From Auanema rhodensis (Eukaryota; Animalia; Nematoda), in assembly GCA_964057225.1 (NCBI GenBank), contig OZ059900.1:18166001-18230000 (forward strand): a DNA stretch of 64,000 nt, read 5' to 3'. Numbering within the stretch: the stretch's first letter is position 1; each line of letters begins with the position of its first letter. Below the pieces are notes generated by a model. That model did no database searches, was not told where the DNA came from, and saw only the letters and a program-made list of their open reading frames with translations. The position numbers were made by a program, and so were the translations under genes. Positions 54,801 to 64,000 of the stretch are shown here, in pieces.

Positions 54801-57800
54801 AGAATAATTTTATTATGCTGGAAAACCAGTTTTTGGAAATTTCGCTGTAAACAAGGTTTTGACTTACGATTTCATGTGTTCAAACTCATGCAATGTCAAT
54901 GAAACCTAGCTCAAAATTGTTCGTACAACGTCTAGTTCCACTTTTACGACAAAAAAACAGGGGTTAGAAAATTAAGGAAATTAGCATATTCTGAGGGCAC
55001 GCCCCTTATGGCTAATATTGATTAAATCGATTTTTGTTCATATGAGTCGTCAAATGCAACGAATTTCAGCGTGTTACATACTAAAATGAAGCATTTTACA
55101 TGCTGAACACTAGAAAAATACAAAAACACAGTATTTCCCATGAGAAATATTTTATTATGCTGGAAAACCAGTTTTTGGAAATTTCGCTGTAAACAAGGTT
55201 TTGACTTACGATTTCATGTGTTCAAACTCATGCAATGTCAATGAAACCTAGCTCAAAATTGTTCGTACAACGACTAGTTCCACTTTCACGACAAAAAAAC
55301 AGGGGTTAGAAAATTAAGGAAATTAGCATATTCTGAGGGCACGCCCCTTATGGCTAATATTGATTAAATCGATTTTTGTTCATATGAGTCGTCAAATGCA
55401 ACGAATTTCAGCGTGTTACATACTAAAATGAAGCATTTTACATGCTGAACACTAGAAAAATACAAAAACACAGTATTTCCCATGAGAAATATTTTATTAT
55501 GCTGGAAAACCAGTTTTTGAAAATTTCGCTGTAAACAAGGTTTTGACTTACGATTTCATGTGTTCAAACTCATGCAATGTCAATGAAACCTAGCTCAAAA
55601 TTGTTCCTACAACGTCTAGTTCCACTTTCACGACAAAAAAACAGGGGTTAGAAAATTAAGGAAATTAGCATATTCTGAGGGCACGCCCTTTATGGCTAAT
55701 ATTGATTAAATCGATTTTTGTTCATATGAGTCGTCAAATGCAACGAATTTCAGCGTGTTACATACTAAAATGAAGCATTTTACATGCTGAACACTAGAAA
55801 AATACAAAAACACAGTATTTCCCATGAGAAATATTTTATTATGCTGGAAAACCAGTTTTTGGAAATTTCGCTGTAAACAAGGTTTTGACTTACGATTTCA
55901 TGTGTTCAAACTCATGCAATGTCAATGAAACCTAGCTCAAAATTGTTCGTACAACGACTAGTTCCACTTTCACGACAAAAAAACAGGGGTTAGAAAATTA
56001 AGGAAATTAGCATATTCTGAGGGCACGCCCCTTATGGCTAATATTGATTAAATCGATTTTTGTTCATATGAGTCGTCAAATGCAACGAATTTCAGCGTGT
56101 TACATACTAAAATGAAGCATTTTACATGCTGAACACTAGAAAAATACAAAAACACAGTATTTCCCATGAGAAATATTTTATTATGCTGGAAAACCAGTTT
56201 TTGAAAATTTCGCTGTAAACAAGGTTTTGACTTACGATTTCATGTGTTCAAACTCATGCAATGTCAATGAAACCTAGCTCAAAATTGTTCCTACAACGTC
56301 TAGTTCCACTTTCACGACAAAAAAACAGGGGTTAGAAAATAAAGGAAATTAGCATATTCTGAGGGCACGCCCTTTATGGCTAATATTGATTAAATCGATT
56401 TTTGTTCATATGAGTCGTCAAATGCAACGAATTTCAGCGTGTTACATACTAAAATGAAGCATTTTACATGCTGAACACTATAAAAATACAAAAACACAGT
56501 ATTTCCCATGAGAAATATTTTATTATGCTGGAAAACCAGTTTTTGGAAATTTCGCTGTAAACAAGGTTTTGACTTACGATTTCATGTGTTCAAACTCATG
56601 CAATGTCAATGAAACCTAGCTCAAAATTGTTCGTACAACGTCTAGTTCCACTTTCACGACAAAAAAACAGGGGTTAGAAAATTAAGGAAATTAGCATATT
56701 CTGAGGGCACGCCCCTTATGGCTAATATTGATTAAATCGATTTTTGTTCATATGAGTCGTCAAATGCAACGAATTTCAGCGTGTTACATACTAAAATGAA
56801 GCATTTTACATGCTGAACACTAGAAAAATACAAAAACACAGTATTTCCCATGAGAAATATTTTATTATGCTGGAAAACCAGTTTTTGGAAATTTCGCTGT
56901 AAACAAGGTTTTGACTTACGATTTCATGTGTTCAAACTCATGCAATGTCAATGAAACCTAGCTCAAAATTGTTCCTACAACGTCTAGTTCCACTTTCACG
57001 ACAAAAAAACAGGGGTTAGAAAATTAAGGAAATTAGCATATTCTGAGGGCACGCCCTTTATGGCTAATATTGATTAAATCGATTTTTGTTCATATGAGTC
57101 GTCAAATGCAACGAATTTCAGCGTGTTACATACTAAAATGAAGCATTTCACATGCTGAACACTAGAAAAATACAAAAACACAGTATTTCCCATGAGAAAT
57201 ATTTTATTATGCTGGAAAACCAGTTTTTGGAAATTTCGCTGTAAACAAGGTTTTGACTTACGATTTCATGTGTTCAAACTCATGCAATGTCAATGAAACC
57301 TAGCTCAAAATTGTTCGTACAACGTCTGGTTCCACTTTCACGACAAAAAAACAGGGGTTAGAAAATTAAGGAAATTAGCATATTCTGAGGGCACGCCCCT
57401 TATGGCTAATATTGATTAAATCGATTTTTGTTCATATGAGTCGTCAAATGCAACGAATTTCAGCGTGTTACATACTAAAATGAAGCATTTTACATGCTGA
57501 ACACTAGAAAAATACAAAAACACAGTATTTCCCATGAGAAATATTTTATTATGCTGGAAAACCAGTTTTTGGAAATTTCGCTGTAAACAAGGTTTTGACT
57601 TACGATTTCATGTGTTCAAACTCATGCAATGTCAATGAAACCCAGCTCAAAATTGTTCGTACAACGTCTAGTTCCACTTTCACGACAAAAAAACAGGGGT
57701 TAGAAAATTAAGGAAATTAGCATATTCTGAGGGCACGCCCCTTATGGCTAATATTGATTAAATCGATTTTTGTTCATATGAGTCGTCAAATGCAACGAAT

Positions 57801-60800
57801 TTCAGCGTGTTACATACTAAAATGAAGCATTTTACATGCTGAACACTAGAAAAATACAAAAACACAGTATTTCCCATGAGAAATATTTTATTATGCTGGA
57901 AAACCAGTTTTTGGAAATTTCGCTGTAAACAAGGTTTTGACTTACGATTTCATGTGTTCAAACTCATGCAATGTCAATGAAACCTAGCTCAAAATTGTTC
58001 GTACAACGTCTAGTTCCACTTTCACGACAAAAAAACAGGGGTTAGAAAATTAAGGAAATTAGCATATTCTGAGGGCACGCCCCTTATGGCTAATATTGAT
58101 TAAATCGATTTTTGTTCATATGAGTCGTCAAATGCAACGAATTTCAGCGTGTTACATACTAAAATGAAGCATTTTACATGCTGAACACTAGAAAAATACA
58201 AAAACACAGTATTTCCCATGAGAAATATTTTATTATGCTGGAAAACCAGTTTTTTGAAATTTCGCTGTAAACAAGGTTTTGACTTACGATTTCATGTGTT
58301 CAAACTCATGCAATGTCAATGAAACCTAGCTCAAAATTGTTCCTACAACGTCTAGTTCCACTTTCACGACAAAAAAACAGGGGTTAGAAAATTAAGGAAA
58401 TTAGCATATTCTGAGGGCACGCCCTTTATGGCTAATATTGATTAAATCGATTTTTGTTCATATGAGTCGTCAAATGCAACGAATTTCAGCGTGTTACATA
58501 CTAAAATGAAGCATTTCACATGCTGAACACTAGAAAAATACAAAAACACAGTATTTCCCATGAGAAATATTTTATTATGCTGGAAAACCAGTTTTTGGAA
58601 ATTTCGCTGTAAACAAGGTTTTGACTTACGATTTCATGTGTTCAAACTCATGCAATGTCAATGAAACCTAGCTCAAAATTGTTCGTACAACGTCTGGTTC
58701 CACTTTCACGACAAAAAAACAGGGGTTAGAAAATTAAGGAAATTAGCATATTCTGAGGGCACGCCCCTTATGGCTAATATTGATTAAATCGATTTTTGTT
58801 CATATGAGTCGTCAAATGCAACGAATTTCAGCGTGTTACATACTAAAATGAAGCATTTTACATGCTGAACACTAGAAAAATACAAAAACACAGTATTTCC
58901 CATGAGAAATATTTTATTATGCTGGAAAACCAGTTTTTGGAAATTTCGCTGTAAACAAGGTTTTGACTTACGATTTCATGTGTTCAAACTCATGCAATGT
59001 CAATGAAACCTAGCTCAAAATTGTTCGTACAACGTCTAGTTCCACTTTCACGACAAAAAAACAGGGGTTAGAAAATTAAGGAAATTAGCATATTCTGAGG
59101 GCACGCCCCCTTATGGCTAATATTGATTAAATCGATTTTTGTTCATATGAGTCGTCAAATGCAACGAATTTCAGCGTGTTACATACTAAAATGAAGCATT
59201 TTACATGCTGAACACTAGAAAAATACAAAAACACAGTATTTCCCATGAGAAATATTTTATTATGCTGGAAAACCAGTTTTTGGAAATTTCGCTGTAAACA
59301 AGGTTTTGACTTACGATTTCATGTGTTTAAACTCATGCAATGTCAATGAAACCTAGCTCAAAATTGTTAATACAATGTCTAGTTCCACTTTCACGACAAA
59401 AAAACAGGGGTTAGAAAATTAAGGAAATTAGCATATTCTGAGGGCACGCCCCTTATGGCTAATATTGATTAAATCGATTTTTGTTCATATGAGTCGTCAA
59501 ATGCAACGAATTTCAGCGTGTTACATACTAAAATGAAGCATTTTACATGCTGAACACTAGAAAAATACAAAAACACAGTATTTCCCATGAGAAATATTTT
59601 ATTATGCTGGAAAACCAGTTTTTGGAAATTTCGCTGTAAACAAGGTTTTGACTTACGATTTCATGTGTTCAAACTCATGCAATGTCAATGAAACCCAGCT
59701 CAAAATTGTTCGTACAACGTCTAGTTCCACTTTCACGACAAAAAAACAGGGGTTAGAAAATTAAGGAAATTAGCATATTCTGAGGGCACGCCCCTTATGG
59801 CTAATATTGATTAAATCGATTTTTGTTCATATGAGTCGTCAAATGCAACGAATTTCAGCGTGTTACATACTAAAATGAAGCATTTTACATGCTGAACACT
59901 AGAAAAATACAAAAACACAGTATTTCCCATGAGAAATATTTTATTATGCTGGAAAACCAGTTTTTGGAAATTTCGCTGTAAACAAGGTTTTGACTTACGA
60001 TTTCATGTGTTCAAACTCATGCAATGTCAATGAAACCTAGCTCAAAATTGTTCGTACAACGTCTAGTTCCACTTTCACGACAAAAAAACAGGGGTTAGAA
60101 AATTAAGGAAATTAGCATATTCTGAGGGCACGCCCCCTTATGGCTAATATTGATTAAATCGATTTTTGTTCATATGAGTCGTCAAATGCAACGAATTTCA
60201 GCGTGTTACATACTAAAATGAAGCATTTTACATGCTGAACACTAGAAAAATACAAAAACACAGTATTTCCCATGAGAAATATTTTATTATGCTGGAAAAC
60301 CAGTTTTTGGAAATTTCGCTGTAAACAAGGTTTTGACTTACGATTTCATGTGTTTAAACTCATGCAATGTCAATGAAACCTAGCTCAAAATTGTTAATAC
60401 AATGTCTAGTTCCACTTTCACGACAAAAAAACAGGGGTTAGAAAATTAAGGAAATTAGCATATTCTGAGGGCACGCCCCTTATGGCTAATATTGATTAAA
60501 TCGATTTTTGTTCATATGAGTCGTCAAATGCAACGAATTTCAGCGTGTTACATACTAAAATGAAGCATTTTACATGCTGAACACTAGAAAAATACAAAAA
60601 CACAGTATTTCCCATGAGAAATATTTTATTATGCTGGAAAACCAGTTTTTGGAAATTTCGCTGTAAACAAGGTTTTGACTTACGATTTCATGTGTTCAAA
60701 CTCATGCAATGTCAATGAAACCCAGCTCAAAATTGTTCGTACAACGTCTAGTTCCACTTTCACGACAAAAAAACAGGGGTTAGAAAATTAAGGAAATTAG

Positions 60801-63800
60801 CATATTCTGAGGGCACGCCCCTTATGGCTAATATTGATTAAATCGATTTTTGTTCATATGAGTCGTCAAATGCAACGAATTTCAGCGTGTTACATACTAA
60901 AATGAAGCATTTCACATGCTGAACACTAGAAAAATACAAAAACACAGTATTTCCCATGAGAAATATTTTATTATGCTGGAAAACCAGTTTTTGGAAATTT
61001 CGCTGTAAACAAGGTTTTGACTTACGATTTCATGTGTTCAAACTCATGCAATGTCAATGAAACCTAGCTCAAAATTGTTCGTACAACGTCTAGTTCCACT
61101 TTCACGACAAAAAAACAGGGGTTAGAAAATTAAGGAAATTAGCATATTCTGAGGGCACGCCCCTTATGGCTAATATTGATTAAATCGATTTTTGTTCATA
61201 TGAGTCGTCAAATGCAACGAATTTCAGCGTGTTACATACTAAAATGAAGCATTTTACATGCTGAACACTAGAAAAATACAAAAACACAGTATTTCCCATG
61301 AGAAATATTTTATTATGCTGGAAAACCAGTTTTTGAAAATATCGCTGTAAACAAGGTTTTGACTTACGATTTCATGTGTTCAAACTCATGCAATGTCAAT
61401 GAAACCTAGCTCAAAATTGTTCCTACAACGTCTAGTTCCACTTTCACGACAAAAAAACAGGGGTTAGAAAATTAAGGAAATTAGCATATTCTGAGGGCAC
61501 GCCCCTTATGGCTAATATTGATTAAATCGATTTTTGTTCATATGAGTCGTCAAATGCAACGAATTTCAGCGTGTTACATACTAAAATGAAGCATTTTACA
61601 TGCTGAACACTAGAAAAATACAAAAACACAGTATTTCCCATGAGAAATATTTTATTATGCTGGAAAACCAGTTTTTGGAAATTTCGCTGTAAACAAGGTT
61701 TTGACTTACGATTTCATGTGTTCAAACTCATGCAATGTCAATGAAACCTAGCTCAAAATTGTTCCTACAACGTCTAGTTCCACTTTCACGACAAAAAAAC
61801 AGGGGTTAGAAAATTAAGGAAATTAGCATATTCTGAGGGCACGCCCTTTATGGCTAATATTGATTAAATCGATTTTTGTTCATATGAGTCGTCAAATGCA
61901 ACGAATTTCAGCGTGTTACATACTAAAATGAAGCATTTCACATGCTGAACACTAGAAAAATACAAAAACACAGTATTTCCCATGAGAAATATTTTATTAT
62001 GCTGGAAAACCAGTTTTTGGAAATTTCGCTGTAAACAAGGTTTTGACTTACGATTTCATGTGTTCAAACTCATGCAATGTCAATGAAACCTAGCTCAAAA
62101 TTGTTCGTACAACGTCTAGTTCCACTTTCACGACAAAAAAACAGGGGTTAGAAAATTAAGGAAATTAGCATATTCTGAGGGCACGCCCCTTATGGCTAAT
62201 ATTGATTAAATCGATTTTTGTTCATATGAGTCGTCAAATGCAACGAATTTCAGCGTGTTACATACTAAAATGAAGCATTTTACATGCTGAACACTAGAAA
62301 AATACAAAAACACAGTATTTCCCATGAGAAATATTTTATTATGCTGGAAAACCAGTTTTTGAAAATATCGCTGTAAACAAGGTTTTGACTTACGATTTCA
62401 TGTGTTCAAACTCATGCAATGTCAATGAAACCTAGCTCAAAATTGTTCCTACAACGTCTAGTTCCACTTTCACGACAAAAAAACAGGGGTTAGAAAATTA
62501 AGGAAATTAGCATATTCTGAGGGCACGCCCCTTATGGCTAATATTGATTAAATCGATTTTTGTTCATATGAGTCGTCAAATGCAACGAATTTCAGCGTGT
62601 TACATACTAAAATGAAGCATTTTACATGCTGAACACTAGAAAAATACAAAAACACAGTATTTCCCATGAGAAATATTTTATTATGCTGGAAAACCAGTTT
62701 TTGGAAATTTCGCTGTAAACAAGGTTTTGACTTACGATTTCATGTGTTCAAACTCATGCAATGTCAATGAAACCTAGCTCAAAATTGTTCCTACAACGTC
62801 TAGTTCCACTTTCACGACAAAAAAACAGGGGTTAGAAAATTAAGGAAATTAGCATATTCTGAGGGCACGCCCTTTATGGCTAATATTGATTAAATCGATT
62901 TTTGTTCATATGAGTCGTCAAATGCAACGAATTTCAGCGTGTTACATACTAAAATGAAGCATTTCACATGCTGAACACTAGAAAAATACAAAAACACAGT
63001 ATTTCCCATGAGAAATATTTTATTATGCTGGAAAACCAGTTTTTGGAAATTTCGCTGTAAACAAGGTTTTGACTTACGATTTCATGTGTTCAAACTCATG
63101 CAATGTCAATGAAACCTAGCTCAAAATTGTTCGTACAACGTCTAGTTCCACTTTCACGACAAAAAAACAGGGGTTAGAAAATTAAGGAAATTAGCATATT
63201 CTGAGGGCACGCCCCTTATGGCTAATATTGATTAAATCGATTTTTGTTCATATGAGTCGTCAAATGCAACAAATTTCAGCGTGTTACATACTAAAATGAA
63301 GCATTTTACATGCTGAACACTAGAAAAATACAAAAACACAGTAATACCCATGAGAAATATTTTATTATGCTGGAAAACCAGTTTTTGGAAATTTCGCTGT
63401 AAACAAGGTTTTGACTTACGATTTCATGTGTTCAAACTCATGCAATGTCAATGAAACCTAGCTCAAAATTGTTCGTACAACGTCTAGTTCCACTTTCACG
63501 ACAAAAAAACAGGGGTTAGAAAATTAAGGAAATTAGCATATTCTGAGGGCACGCCCCTTATGGCTAATATTGATTAAATCGATTTTTGTTCATATGAGTC
63601 GTCAAATGCAACGAATTTCAGCGTGTTACATACTAAAATGAAGCATTTTACATGCTGAACACTAGAAAAATACAAAAACACAGTAATACCCATGAGAAAT
63701 ATTTTATTATGCTGGAAAACCAGTTTTTGGAAATTTCGCTGTAAACAAGGTTTTGACTTACGATTTCATGTGTTCAAACTCATGCAATGTCAATGAAACC

Positions 63801-64000
63801 TAGCTCAAAATTGTTAATACAATGTCTAGTTCCACTTTCACGACAAAAAAACAGGGGTTAGAAAATTAAGGAAATTAGCATATTCTGAGGGCACGCCCTT
63901 TATGGCTAATATTGATTAAATCGATTTTTGTTCATATGAGTCGTCAAATGCAACGAATTTCAGCGTGTTACATACTAAAATGAAGCATTTTACATGCTGA
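51860..64000. repeat. Long-range copy (at least 12 kb, about 36 monomers) of about 4448-16588 at offset 47,412 bp
   Basis: Rare variants match at exactly +47,412: 7363/54775 (AAAGATAC), 8929/56341 (AATAAAGG), 9069/56481 (CACTATAA), 10843/58255 (six-T run) and 16404/63816 (GTTAATAC). Confidence 0.92.

Larger units (their letters stand above)
1..64000. repeat. Tandem satellite DNA array, 342-bp monomer, about 188.5 head-to-tail copies, highly homogeneous; probably (peri)centromeric or heterochromatic
   Basis: CCACTTTCACGACAAAAAAACAGGGG recurs at 1, 343, 685, 1027, 1370 ... 63832. Length check: 188x342 - 2x168 - 141 + 12 = 63831. No non-satellite sequence or inversion seen. The centromeric role is an inference only. 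Confidence 0.99.

Noticed and set aside
1-64000. CRISPR array or other repeat-spacer system
   Set aside because: There are no unique spacers. The entire unit repeats nearly identically, and no cas or other genes are present.
1-64000. The order of monomer variants as an information-bearing code or novel system
   Set aside because: The order is accounted for by nested duplication, deletion and recombination. Nothing in the sequence points to a reader or a function.

Overview
The whole 64 kb window is one uninterrupted, head-to-tail tandem satellite array with an AT-rich (about 34% GC by hand count) 342-bp monomer, all copies in the same orientation. It contains 188 complete monomers plus a partial last copy from 63832. 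Of these, 173 are 342 bp, 12 are 343 bp (one extra C in a C-run), two are 174 bp and one is 201 bp (internal deletions); these lengths sum exactly to 63831. Copies differ from the consensus by 0 to about 7 bases. I found no genes, RNA genes, transposons or CRISPR array, and all six frames are closed in every full-length monomer. The pattern fits eukaryotic (peri)centromeric or heterochromatic satellite DNA, but I cannot name the species or family. The informative structure is in the variants. The monomer looks like an ancient dimer of about 171-bp subunits and carries several dyad symmetries and a degenerate CENP-B-box-like motif. Diagnostic SNPs reveal nested duplications of 2, 3, 6 and 10 monomers, plus long-range copies at offsets of 19,356, 25,319, 27,714, 44,675 and 47,412 bp, with identifiable chimeric junction monomers. 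I see no evidence of a novel gene-encoded system. Monomer positions (p) are numbered from the CCACTTTC at window position 1. All comparisons were made by eye.
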